Positions 44,898 through 54,573 of a stretch of DNA of 64,000 bases are shown here, one piece after another. The position numbers and the translations under genes are program-made. The stretch lies in the NCBI GenBank assembly GCA_965203905.1, contig CBDBDQ010000005.1:5568001-5632000 (forward strand). The letters are read 5' to 3'. How positions within the stretch are numbered: the stretch's first letter is position 1; each line of letters opens with the position of its first letter. Below the pieces are notes generated by a model, which was not told the DNA's origin, ran no database searches, and was given only the letters and a program-made list of their open reading frames with translations. This DNA comes from Spirochaetia bacterium. GTDB taxonomy: Bacteria > Spirochaetota > Spirochaetia > SZUA-6 > Bin103.

Positions 44898-45083
44898 CGC
44901 GGGGCAGGCGCAGAGGCTGCTAGTGGGTCAAAGGCTGGAACCTCATGATCCCGGCCGAAATCCTCGAATGGAAGGCCCTCCACGTGCGGTGCCACAAGGG
45001 ACTATCCTGAATGGTCCTGGTATACTCTGGTGTCCGTAACTCAGCCGCGGCGCGTGTGCGGCGGCGTTCCCCAGGAGTACTTC

Positions 45084-45575
45084 ATGTTGCAGCATCTGCT
45101 GAACGTCTACGCGATGAACTTGAAACGCTTGGGCATGCACGTCCAGGACCTGTCCGCCGAGCAGATGGCGGAGCAGCCGTCCGGAGTGATCAATCACCCG
45201 GCATGGACCCTGGGCCATCTGGCGGCGACTGCCGACAACCTGGCCAGGACGCTGGGTCAGGAATCGACCTTTCCCGAGGAGTGGCGCGCGGCCTGCAGCA
45301 CCGGCGGGACGCCCAGCGGCAACGCCGCCGACTTCCCCTCCAGGGAACAGCTCCTGGAGCAGCTCGGCGCCCAGCACGAGCGGGTGGCCGCGGCCTTTGC
45401 CGCCGCCGGCGCGGAGCTGCTGGATCAGCCCCACCCCAACCCCCGCGGGCGCAAGGTATTCGGCACCGTCGGCGGCTACGCCGTGGCCCTGATGACCACC
45501 CACGAGGCCAACCACCTCGGGCAGCTCGCGGCTTGGCGCCGGGCCATGGGGCTCGGCTCGGCGACCGGTATCTGA
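45084..45575 (+). CDS. DinB/DUF664-family metalloprotein
   Basis: HPAWTLGHL...HEANHLGQL; AGGAG RBS. Confidence 0.88.
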   Translation: MLQHLLNVYAMNLKRLGMHVQDLSAEQMAEQPSGVINHPAWTLGHLAATADNLARTLGQESTFPEEWRAACSTGGTPSGNAADFPSREQLLEQLGAQHERVAAAFAAAGAELLDQPHPNPRGRKVFGTVGGYAVALMTTHEANHLGQLAAWRRAMGLGSATGI

Positions 45576-45654
45576 GCCCTGCGCCGCGGCGCCCCGGACC
45601 GGTGATCGCGAAGCTGCCGCCGGTGGCAAGGCCGGGCGCGAGGCTGCTGCAGCG

Positions 45655-47073
45655 ATGGTAGATATCCGTAACCCGGCCTTCAGCGCCATGTTCCGCGAGT
45701 ACGACCTGCGCGGGCGCGTCGCCGAGGGCGAGCTCACCGACGACTCGGTGCGGCTGATCGCCAACGCGTTCGGACGCCTGCTGCAGGCGCGCGGCATCGA
45801 CCGCGTAGTGGTCGGTTACGACAACCGGCCGGCCTCGCCCGGCTTCAAGGATGCGGCCATCGGCGGCCTGCTGTCCGCGGGCCTGGAGGCGGTGGACATC
45901 GGCCTCACCATCAGCCCGGCGCTCTACTTCAGCCAGTACCACCTGGAGACGCCGGCCGGCCTCATGATCACGGCCAGCCACAACCCCAGCGAGTGGTGCG
46001 GCATGAAGCTGGCGCACGGCTACTCGCGGACCCTGGGCCCGGCCGAGATGCGCGAGTTGTACGCGCTGGTGGAAGCGGGCGAGAGCGGCACCGGCACCGG
46101 CCGGTGCCGTACCGCGGACACCCGCGACGCCTACCTGGAGCGGGTCACCGCCGGCACCCGGCTGGAGCATCCGTTGCGGGTGGCGGTGGACTGCGGCAAC
46201 GGCGGCGCCGGCGTGTTCGCCTACGAGGCCCTGCAGCGCATCGGCTGCCTCACCTTCCAGCTCTACTGCGACCCCGACGACAGCTATCCGCACTACTTCC
46301 CCAACCCGTCCGACCTGAAGGCGCGGCGGCGGCTGCGGCAGATCGTGACCCACCCCTACATCCGCGCCGACCTGGGCCTGGCCCTGGACGGCGACGGCGA
46401 CCGCATCGGGGTGATGGACGAGCGCGGCGACGACGTGTGGAGCGACCGGGTGCTGATCCTGCTGGCGCGGCAGGTGCTGCAGCGCAACGCCGGCGCCACC
46501 GTCGTCTACGACGTCAAGTGCACGCGTGGCCTGGAGGAGGAGGTGGCCGCCCGCGGCGGCAACCCGGTGATGTGGAAGACCGGCCACTCCCACATCAAGG
46601 CCAAGCTGCACGAAACCGGCGCCGCGCTGGCCGGCGAGCGCAGCGGCCACATCTTCTACCAGGAGGGCTACTACGGCTTCGACGACGCCCTCTTCGCCGG
46701 CATCCGCCTGCTGGAGGTGCTGGCCGCGCACGACGGCAGCCTCTCGGAGCTGGTCGCCACCACCCCACCCTACCTCACCTCGCCCGAGATCGCCGCGCAC
46801 TGCGCCGACGACCGCAAGTACCAGGTAGTGGACGCACTGGTGGCCGAGTTCAAGCGCGAATATGGAGAGCGGGTGAACGACATCAACGGCGCCCGCGTCG
46901 ATTTCGGCGACGGCTGGGGGCTGGTGCGCGCCTCCTCCAACCTGCCGGAGCTGGTGATCATCTTCGAGGCCAGGACCGAGCAGCGGCTGCGCGAGATCCG
47001 CGCCCTGTTCCGGGACAAGCTGGACGCCCACCCGGAGATCGACCCGGCGTGGCGCAACGACATCTACCACTGA
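45655..47073 (+). CDS. Phosphomannomutase/phosphoglucomutase
   Basis: FREYDLRG, ITASHNP, DGDGDR, GERSGH, VRASS. Confidence 0.95.
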   Translation: MVDIRNPAFSAMFREYDLRGRVAEGELTDDSVRLIANAFGRLLQARGIDRVVVGYDNRPASPGFKDAAIGGLLSAGLEAVDIGLTISPALYFSQYHLETPAGLMITASHNPSEWCGMKLAHGYSRTLGPAEMRELYALVEAGESGTGTGRCRTADTRDAYLERVTAGTRLEHPLRVAVDCGNGGAGVFAYEALQRIGCLTFQLYCDPDDSYPHYFPNPSDLKARRRLRQIVTHPYIRADLGLALDGDGDRIGVMDERGDDVWSDRVLILLARQVLQRNAGATVVYDVKCTRGLEEEVAARGGNPVMWKTGHSHIKAKLHETGAALAGERSGHIFYQEGYYGFDDALFAGIRLLEVLAAHDGSLSELVATTPPYLTSPEIAAHCADDRKYQVVDALVAEFKREYGERVNDINGARVDFGDGWGLVRASSNLPELVIIFEARTEQRLREIRALFRDKLDAHPEIDPAWRNDIYH

Positions 47074-47101
47074 AGCAACCGCGAGCGACATGGGAGAGCG
47101 C

Positions 47102-48508
47102 ATGACCAAGACACCGCCGGCGCGGGCCCGCATCGGCCTGCTGCCCACCGGGCACAGCTACTACTGGGAGCAGTTTCCGCGGCTCAAGGAGATGGGCCTG
47201 CGCATGTACCGCAAGCTGCGGGAATTGCTGGAGCCCCACGGCGAGCTGATCGCGCCGGAGCTGGTCGACACCGAGGCCAAGGGGCGCGCCGCCGCGGAGC
47301 TGTTCCGCAATGCCGGGATCGACATCCTGGTGATCTTTCCGTTCGGCTACACCACCAGCATGAACATGCTGCCCGCGGTGCAGGGAGTGGAGGTGCCGAT
47401 CCGCATCCTGAACGCGCACGAGGACCGCTCCTACGACTACGCCACCGCGGACACCACCGTCTACCTGCACCACGAGGGGGTGTGCTGCATCCCGGAGTTC
47501 GCCGGCTCGCTGACCAACATCGGCAAGCGCTTCCGGGTGCGCACCGGCCCGTTCGACGATCCCGGCCTGCAGCGGCAGCTGGCGGCCGACTTCCGCGGGG
47601 TCGCCGCCGCGCGCGCGTTCCGGGAGCTGAACGTGGGCCTGATCGGCCAGGTCTATACCGGCATGTCGGACATGCCGATCGACGAGCACCGTCTGCTACG
47701 CGCCACCGGCAGCCTGCTGGCGCGCCCCGAGGTGGAGGAGATCCAGGAGGCATACGCGCGCGTCACGGAGGCGGAGCTGGAGGAGATGTACCGCCAGTTC
47801 CGCGAGATGTACGAGGTCGATGCCACGGTGACCAACGAGCACATGCGCTTCTCGGCCCAGGTGGCGGTGGCGTTCGAGCGAGTGATCACCCGCCACGACA
47901 TCGGCCCCTTCGGCTACTACTGGTGGGGCGAGCAGGAACTGGTGACGCAACTGCGGGCGCAGTCGGGGCTGGCGGTGTCACGCCTGGCGGCGCTGGGCCG
48001 ACCGGGGGTGACCGAGGGCGACGTCAAGACCGCCATGGCGATGAAGATCCTCGACCTGCTCGGCGGCGGCGGCATGTTCGTGGAGTTCTTCGCCATGGAC
48101 TTCGACGACAACTTCCTGCTCATGGGCCATGACGGGCCGGCCAACATCAGCGTGGCCGAGGGGCGGCCGCGCCTCACCCACCTGGAGGTGCACCACGGCA
48201 AATCGGGGCATGGGCTCGGCATCGACTTCGACATGCAGCAGGGCCCGGCCACCCTGGTCAACCTGACCCAGGTCGACGCCGGCGAGTCGTTCAAGCTGAT
48301 CTACACGGTGGGAGAGATCATCCCCGGCCCGATCCTCAACATCGGCAATCCCAATGCCCGCGTGCGGGTAGACAAGCCGCTGCCGGAGTTCATCGACACC
48401 TGGTGCCAGCAGGGCCCCTCGCACCATATCGCCCTGGGCGTGGGCGACCACGGCGACGCCCTGGAGACCTTCGCCGAGGCGATGCGCTTCCCGATCCTGC
48501 GCATCTGA
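47102..48508 (+). CDS. L-arabinose/L-fucose isomerase-family protein
   Basis: TEGD, MFVEF, MGHDG, GPSHH. Confidence 0.82.
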   Translation: MTKTPPARARIGLLPTGHSYYWEQFPRLKEMGLRMYRKLRELLEPHGELIAPELVDTEAKGRAAAELFRNAGIDILVIFPFGYTTSMNMLPAVQGVEVPIRILNAHEDRSYDYATADTTVYLHHEGVCCIPEFAGSLTNIGKRFRVRTGPFDDPGLQRQLAADFRGVAAARAFRELNVGLIGQVYTGMSDMPIDEHRLLRATGSLLARPEVEEIQEAYARVTEAELEEMYRQFREMYEVDATVTNEHMRFSAQVAVAFERVITRHDIGPFGYYWWGEQELVTQLRAQSGLAVSRLAALGRPGVTEGDVKTAMAMKILDLLGGGGMFVEFFAMDFDDNFLLMGHDGPANISVAEGRPRLTHLEVHHGKSGHGLGIDFDMQQGPATLVNLTQVDAGESFKLIYTVGEIIPGPILNIGNPNARVRVDKPLPEFIDTWCQQGPSHHIALGVGDHGDALETFAEAMRFPILRI

Positions 48509-48528
48509 ACGCGGGATGTCGCGGGCGG

Positions 48529-49170
48529 CTATGGAGTCGCCGGGAGCGTTGCGGAGAAGGTTTCGCGTACGTCGACGGAGAAGCCGGGCAGCAGCGGCGA
48601 GTCGGCCTGCTGTCCGGGGCGGAACACGCCGTGTTCGCGGTACCCGCCGTCACCGAGGACGAGCACGGTGATGGTCTCGTCGATGGGATTCACGATCCAG
48701 TATTCGGGGACGCGCGCCTCGGCGTAGTCGGCGCGCTTGTCGACCAGGTCACGGCCGGGATCGTCGGGACTGACCACCTCCAGCACCAGGTCGGCGCCGA
48801 GCCAGTATTCGTCGCGGCAGCGCGGGTCACCGGCTTGGCGCACCAGCAGCAGGTCCGGCTCGCGGAACTTGCCCTCACGGACTCGCAGGCGCAACGGCGC
48901 GAAGACCGCGTCGCCACCTAGACCCCGCACGAACGGGAACAGGGCGAGGAACAGGAATCGCAGGATCACCTGATGTCGGTACGTAGGCATGGGCAGAATC
49001 TCGATGCATCCGTCAGTGAACTCGATCAGCCGGTTACACTGATCCGTCAGCTTCAAGTATTGGGCCTCGGTCCAGGAACCCTGCAGGGCGGACAGGTCGG
49101 CTACCGATGAGGCATCGGCGGTAACGAGGCGCAGTCCATCGGTGGGTTGTCGGGCGACCGTCACGTTCAT
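48529..49170 (-). CDS. Uma2-family endonuclease
   Basis: REPDLL, ADLVLEVVSPD, KRADYAEARVPEYWIV. Confidence 0.9.
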   Translation of the reverse strand: MNVTVARQPTDGLRLVTADASSVADLSALQGSWTEAQYLKLTDQCNRLIEFTDGCIEILPMPTYRHQVILRFLFLALFPFVRGLGGDAVFAPLRLRVREGKFREPDLLLVRQAGDPRCRDEYWLGADLVLEVVSPDDPGRDLVDKRADYAEARVPEYWIVNPIDETITVLVLGDGGYREHGVFRPGQQADSPLLPGFSVDVRETFSATLPATP

Positions 49171-49290
49171 GGGCCTGCCACCAGTTTCGGCTCGCCGATG
49201 TTCTCTGTCAACAGTAGCAGGAACTGCTGGAGCCGCCGTGGGTTTGCCCGCTGCCGAGGCGGTGCTATCATCCGCGGTGGGCACGACGGT

Positions 49291-49899
49291 ATGGCAGACG
49301 ACGACACACCCGGAACGCTGCGCAGCATCGTCATCTTCCTGGACATCGATGGCGTCCTGCAGCCTCCATCGAAACAGACCCGATTCAAGCATGACCTGGA
49401 GGAGCTGCGCCGCTCTCTGGCGGACAGGTTTGACGATGCGACCTATCTGAGCATGGACAAGTACGACCTTGGGGCGGTCTACCATGACTGGGACGGCGAA
49501 GCGGTCGAACGGCTGCGCACGCTGTGCGCGGAGTTCCGCCCGAGCATCGTGATCAGCTCGGATTGGCGCAGAAGCAACCCCATCCGCTGGCTCCGGGCGC
49601 TGTTTCGCCTGCACGACCTGCATCACTACGTAACCGACGCGACGAAGGAGCTCGACGGACCGCCGCACTACCGGGCAGGAGAGGTCAAGGAGTACCTGGA
49701 GTCGCATCCGGAGATCGAGCGGTTCGTGATCATCGACGATGGCTACGGACACGAGTTCGGCGAGCTGTTTCCCGAGCAATTCGTGCACACCGGATACCGC
49801 TTCGAGGCCCACGACGAGCAGCGTGCGCGGCAGATTCTGTCCGGGCTGCCGGCGCAGCCGAACCGACCCTGGCCTCCCCCGCCTGCAGGGTGGCGCTGA
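49291..49899 (+). CDS. HAD-domain protein (type found in RNA-repair proteins)
   Basis: IFLDIDGVL, IVISSDWR, RAGEV, FVIIDD. Confidence 0.8.
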   Translation: MADDDTPGTLRSIVIFLDIDGVLQPPSKQTRFKHDLEELRRSLADRFDDATYLSMDKYDLGAVYHDWDGEAVERLRTLCAEFRPSIVISSDWRRSNPIRWLRALFRLHDLHHYVTDATKELDGPPHYRAGEVKEYLESHPEIERFVIIDDGYGHEFGELFPEQFVHTGYRFEAHDEQRARQILSGLPAQPNRPWPPPPAGWR

Positions 49900-49952
49900 G
49901 AGTGACGGTAGCGCCCGGCACTACGCTGGGCACTGCGACGGTCCGGCGCCGG

Positions 49953-49979
49953 CGCACCCGGCCAGGGCGGCCGGGTGCG
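49953..49979. terminator. Hairpin between convergent genes
   Basis: CGCACCCGGCC-AGGGC-GGCCGGGTGCG, perfect 11-bp stem; no U-tract. Confidence 0.5.
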
Positions 49980-49991
49980 TGGCACATGTAA

Positions 49992-51689
49992 CTACGGCAT
50001 GCTGGCGCCGAGCTGTTCGGCCGCGACCTGCATCAGCTCCTCGCCTCCGGCCTGCTTCCACTCCTCGATGTAGGCGTCCCACTCCGAGATGTCGCGCTCG
50101 CCGAGGATGAACTCCAGCTCGCGCTGCAACTGCAGGTCCTTGATGCGGGTCGCAGTGCTCGCGTCGAGGTCGATCAGCAATTCGAAGTCGCGCACCCGCG
50201 GCATCGGGATCACCATCTGGTCCAGCAATCCGCCCGCCCAGTCGCGCGCCTTGGTATCCCGAAGCGGGTCGTCGTCGGCGTACGGCGGGGCTTCATACGT
50301 CTTCCAGCGCAACGAGATGCTCAGCACGTTCCAGTTGCCGAGCGGCAGATACTCGGGATCGTGAATCCCGGGGTGATCGTCGGCGAAGGCGAGCGAGTGC
50401 AGGCCGGTCTCCGGGTAGAAGTGGCGCTCGCCCGAGCCCGGGAAGATCGCCTCGCCGCCGCCCTCGATCACCTCGATGTTGCCCTGGTTGGGATAGGTGA
50501 TGAAGTCATGGAAGTGCATGATGCGCTTCATGAGTCCCTCGTCCTTCTCCAGTGACTTCGGAGAAATCAACAGCCGCCCGGGGCGGCCACCCGGCCCGTA
50601 CGCGCCGCCGCGCCCGTCGTCGGACATCGGCGGATCGATCGGCTGCCAGACATCCGAGACCGCCAGGTTGCCGTCGTGCGCGGTGGTGTTCTCGAAGATC
50701 AGGTTCCAGCCCGGGTAGTACACCATGCCGATCTGGTCGTTCATCGAGTAGGCGGTGAAGTTCTCCCACGAGATGGTGAACCAGTCGGGATGCAGCACAC
50801 CGGCGTCCCGCAGACGCTTGAGCCACAGCACGAAGCTCTTGCTGGTGCCGTCCAGGTTGGGGTGGTTGATCACGCCGTCCTTGACGTTCCAGCCGGGATG
50901 GCCGTACATGGTGCGGAACGGCTCCAGCATGGTGAAGCCGTTGCCATCCCCTGCGCCGCCCATGAACCAGGTGTCGGCGCTGCCGGTGCCGTTGGGATCC
51001 TCACGCACCACGCGCTGGGCGAATTCGAACAGCTCCGACTCGGTGCGTGGCGCATCCATCCCGAACTGCCCCAGCCAGTCCTTGCGGATCTGCAGTCCCC
51101 AGTTGTCCGCGAACACCGGGTAGCGCGGCAGCCCGTACATCACCCCGTCGTCGCTGCTGGTGGCCCAGGCCTTGTAGTCCTTGGTGAGGAACTGCTGCCA
51201 GGTCGGCAGGTATTGCAGGTAGGGCTCCACGTTGAGCAGCAACCCGTCTTCGTGCAGCTTCTTGGCAACGTTCTTCTGGCCGAAGCTGAGCGTGGTGATG
51301 GCGGGCGGATCGCCGGCGATGAAGCGCGTCGTCAACTGGTTTACCAGATCATCGCCGGGCAGAAAGTTGATCTCGATGTTGGCGTTGAGCTGCTCGTTCA
51401 GATACTCGTTGATGGGATCGTCCGGTACCGGGGTGAACCAGTAGCCGCTGGACAGAATCTCGAAGTCGTAGCTCTTGCTCATATCGTCGTAATCCCAGGC
51501 CGACGGGTCCGGGCGCACCGGTATCAGCGGCAGGGTGTCGGGCAAGTCCAGCTCCGGCATTGCCTCGCCGCCGCCGCCGGCGGTGCCGCCGCCCTCTTCC
51601 TGGCCGGGGCTGGCACCGAGATGTACGGCCGCCAGCAGCAGGGCCACCGCCACGGGCAGCCCGATCAGGTTTCGAATCGTCACTTTCAC
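49992..51689 (-). CDS. Carbohydrate ABC substrate-binding protein (LplA-like)
   Basis: Signal peptide, MYGLP, IRKDWL, DPNGTG, FILGERDISEWDAYIEEWKQAGG. Confidence 0.88.
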   Translation of the reverse strand: MKVTIRNLIGLPVAVALLLAAVHLGASPGQEEGGGTAGGGGEAMPELDLPDTLPLIPVRPDPSAWDYDDMSKSYDFEILSSGYWFTPVPDDPINEYLNEQLNANIEINFLPGDDLVNQLTTRFIAGDPPAITTLSFGQKNVAKKLHEDGLLLNVEPYLQYLPTWQQFLTKDYKAWATSSDDGVMYGLPRYPVFADNWGLQIRKDWLGQFGMDAPRTESELFEFAQRVVREDPNGTGSADTWFMGGAGDGNGFTMLEPFRTMYGHPGWNVKDGVINHPNLDGTSKSFVLWLKRLRDAGVLHPDWFTISWENFTAYSMNDQIGMVYYPGWNLIFENTTAHDGNLAVSDVWQPIDPPMSDDGRGGAYGPGGRPGRLLISPKSLEKDEGLMKRIMHFHDFITYPNQGNIEVIEGGGEAIFPGSGERHFYPETGLHSLAFADDHPGIHDPEYLPLGNWNVLSISLRWKTYEAPPYADDDPLRDTKARDWAGGLLDQMVIPMPRVRDFELLIDLDASTATRIKDLQLQRELEFILGERDISEWDAYIEEWKQAGGEELMQVAAEQLGASMP

Positions 51690-52059
51690 TTGAAATCCCT
51701 CCTCTGGGGTTTCTTCTGCCGGCCGAGCGCTCGCTCGTGCCGTGCAGGTCCTTGTTGCATGCCGGCGCGCACTCCTTGCGGCGCCGCCACTGACGACATG
51801 GTGCCGTCACTATCCCTTGATCGCTCCCAGGTATACCCCCTTGATGAAATGCTTCGGGTGCGGCTCTTTTAGGACGACCTCTATCTTCAGTTTGATGCGT
51901 TAATTGGGGGTTCTGTCGGACGCCCGGCGCTGGTTCAGCGGCATACGCTTGGGGAACGGGGCCATAGGCTGCCACGTATCGTGCTGGCGGGCATAGCAAG
52001 GGCTGGACAAAACCCACCACGACTCGGTACGGTGCCTCCGTTGTCAGCGGAGGGTGCCG

Positions 52060-52959
52060 ATGAATGCCAACAGCGAGGGCGTGCGCAGCGCCGGCAGAAC
52101 GTTCAGTGAGGCTGAACTGCGGATCGTCTGCCAGATCGTTGCCGCCGGTGGCCGCCTCAGTCGTACGCAGTTGATGGTGCAGGTGTGTCGGCGGCTGCGC
52201 TGGCAGCGCCCGAACGGTGCGCTGAAGGTCCGCGAATGTCGTGATCTGTTTGCAATGCTGCAGCGCAGCGGTCGCCTGCGCCTGCCGCCGAAGCGCAGCA
52301 CCGGGCGCCCGCTGGGCTCGCACACCGAGGTGCCGTGCACGCCGGCTGGCGAGCCGGGACGGCCAGTATGCGGCACCGTCGGGCAGTTCGGCAGCGTACA
52401 CCTGGAGCCGGTCACGACCGCCGGCGAGCAGCGCTGGTGGCGGGAGCTGGTGGGCCGCTATCACTACCTGGGCTACCGGGTGCCGTTCGGTGCCCAACTG
52501 CGCTACCTGGCGTTCGTCAGCGAGCCCACCACGACGCTGGTGGCGGCGTTGCAACTGTCCTCGCCGGCGTGGCGGCTGGCGGCGCGCGAGCGCTGGATCG
52601 GCTGGGACGAACCGACTCGGACACGCAATCTGCAACGGGTGGTCAACAACAGTCGCTTCCTGGTGCTGCCGTGGGTCCGGGTGAAGAACTTGGCCAGCCG
52701 CCTGCTGGCGCTGCTGGCCGGGCGGCTGGCTGCCGATTGGCAGCAGCGGTTCGCGGTCGAGCCGCTGCTGCTGGAGACGCTGGTGGATAGCGGTCGCTTT
52801 GCCGGCACCTGCTACCGGGCTGCCAACTGGATCGAGTTGGGCGCCACGGCAGGTCGGGGACGCATGGACCGCGCCCATACCCGTCATGGGCAAGCGCCGA
52901 AGCGGGTTCTGGTGTATCCTCTGGTGGCCGACGCGCAACGCCGGCTGGCGCAGGGCTGA
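52060..52959 (+). CDS. DUF4338 / Druantia DruA-like protein (IS passenger)
   Basis: YHYLGY, LRYL, SPAWRLAARERWIGW, VVNNSRFLVLPWV, LLETLVD, GTCYRAANW, GRGRMD; GGAGG RBS. Confidence 0.88.
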   Translation: MNANSEGVRSAGRTFSEAELRIVCQIVAAGGRLSRTQLMVQVCRRLRWQRPNGALKVRECRDLFAMLQRSGRLRLPPKRSTGRPLGSHTEVPCTPAGEPGRPVCGTVGQFGSVHLEPVTTAGEQRWWRELVGRYHYLGYRVPFGAQLRYLAFVSEPTTTLVAALQLSSPAWRLAARERWIGWDEPTRTRNLQRVVNNSRFLVLPWVRVKNLASRLLALLAGRLAADWQQRFAVEPLLLETLVDSGRFAGTCYRAANWIELGATAGRGRMDRAHTRHGQAPKRVLVYPLVADAQRRLAQG

Positions 52960-54573
52960 GTGATGGGCGCTCCTCAGGCGTGGGCGAGTGAGCCGGCCGC
53001 CGACCCCTTCGCTGCCACGCGGGCGCGGTTCGAGCACCTGCTGCGAATAGCCAACGACGTAGAGACGCGACAGATGAAGCACAGTGACCTGGAGCGACTG
53101 CTGACCAGCGAAGGTCAGGAACTGTTACGGCAACTCTACCAGAACTGTCTTGACCAGCAGGCCGAGGCGCAGGTCAGCGCAGAGGTGGTGGATGCGCAAG
53201 GCCAGCCGCGCACGCGCCAGCGGACCCAGCAGCGCCAGTTGGAGACGATCTTCGGCACCGTCCAGGTAGCGCGCACCGGCTACGGGGCGGAGGGGCAAGC
53301 GAGCCTGCATCCGCTGGATGCGCAGTTGAACCTTCCCGCCGAGCGCTACTCGCTGGAGGTGCGGCGGCGAGTAGCGCTGGAAGCAGCGAAGAACTCGTTT
53401 GACGAGACGGTGGAGACGCTCAATCGCTGCACCGGTGCCAAGATCGGCAAGCGGCAGGTGGAAGAACTGGTCAGTCGGGCGGCGCAGGACTTCGACGCCT
53501 TCTACCAGCAGCGGCGCCAGCAAGCGTCTGCGGAGCAGACGGTCGCCGACCACGGAGCGGTCGAGCCGCAGGCGACTGAGGATGCCCTGCTGGTGATCAC
53601 CAGCGACGCCAAGGGCGTGGTCATGCACCAGCAGGACCTGCGACCTGCCACGCGCGCGGCCAGCGAGCGCACGGCGCGTGGCAAGCTGGCCACGCGCCTG
53701 AGCAAGGGCGAGAAACGCAACCGCAAGCGCATGGCCACGGTGGCGGTCGTCTACTCGGTGGCCGCCCACGTGCGCACGCCGCAGCAGATGCTGGCGCTGC
53801 TGGCGCGCGCTGAGGACGCCGAGCAGCAACGCTCGCCGCCGCGACCGCGACCGCAGCACAAGCGCGTGTGGGCGAGTCTGAAGCAGGAACCTCGGCAGAT
53901 GTTGCAGGAGGCGTTCCGAGAAGCGCGCGAGCGCGATCCGCAGCAGCAGCAGACCTGGGTCGCGGTGGTCGACGGCAACCGGACGCAGTTGGACCTCCTG
54001 GCAGAGCTGGCCGCGCACCACGGGGTGCAGGTGACCATCGTGCTGGACATCTTTCACGTGCTCGAATACCTGTGGAAAGCCGGCCACGCCCTGGAGGCCG
54101 AAGGCAGCCAACGGTTGGAGCAGTGGGTCTTGCAGCGCCTGGGACGTATCCTGGAAGGCCGCGCCCGCTCGGTGGCTGCCGGCATGCGCCGGAGCGCCAC
54201 CAGGCGCCGCCTGACGAAGCGGCAGCGGCGACCGATCGACCAGTGCGCCAACTACCTGCTGAAGTACCAGGGCTACCTGGCCTACGACCGCTACCTGGCC
54301 GCTGGGCTGCCGATTGGCTCGGGCGTCGTCGAAGGCGCCTGCCGGCACTTGGTCAACGACCGCCTTGGCATTACCGGTGCGCGCTGGCGACTACGCTCGG
54401 CCGAAGCGGTACTGCGCCTCAGGGCGCTGCGCAGCAGCGGCGATTTCGACGCCTACTGGACGTTCCACGAGCAGCAGGAGTGGGAGCGTACCCACCGCCA
54501 ACGTTACGCTGAAGGCAACGTGCCGTCGCTGGAACACCCGAACCCCGTGCCGCACCTGAGACTCGTCCGGTAG
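52960..54573 (+). CDS. ISKra4-family DDE transposase
   Basis: LETIFG, SDAKGV, VVDGN, DIFH (DxxH of Mutator-like transposases), GLPIGSGVVEGACRHLV. Confidence 0.9.
   Translation: MMGAPQAWASEPAADPFAATRARFEHLLRIANDVETRQMKHSDLERLLTSEGQELLRQLYQNCLDQQAEAQVSAEVVDAQGQPRTRQRTQQRQLETIFGTVQVARTGYGAEGQASLHPLDAQLNLPAERYSLEVRRRVALEAAKNSFDETVETLNRCTGAKIGKRQVEELVSRAAQDFDAFYQQRRQQASAEQTVADHGAVEPQATEDALLVITSDAKGVVMHQQDLRPATRAASERTARGKLATRLSKGEKRNRKRMATVAVVYSVAAHVRTPQQMLALLARAEDAEQQRSPPRPRPQHKRVWASLKQEPRQMLQEAFREARERDPQQQQTWVAVVDGNRTQLDLLAELAAHHGVQVTIVLDIFHVLEYLWKAGHALEAEGSQRLEQWVLQRLGRILEGRARSVAAGMRRSATRRRLTKRQRRPIDQCANYLLKYQGYLAYDRYLAAGLPIGSGVVEGACRHLVNDRLGITGARWRLRSAEAVLRLRALRSSGDFDAYWTFHEQQEWERTHRQRYAEGNVPSLEHPNPVPHLRLVR

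Noticed and set aside
52060-52959. A Druantia defence system
   Set aside because: Only the DruA-like domain is present, and it is inside an IS; there is no DruE helicase or other dru gene.
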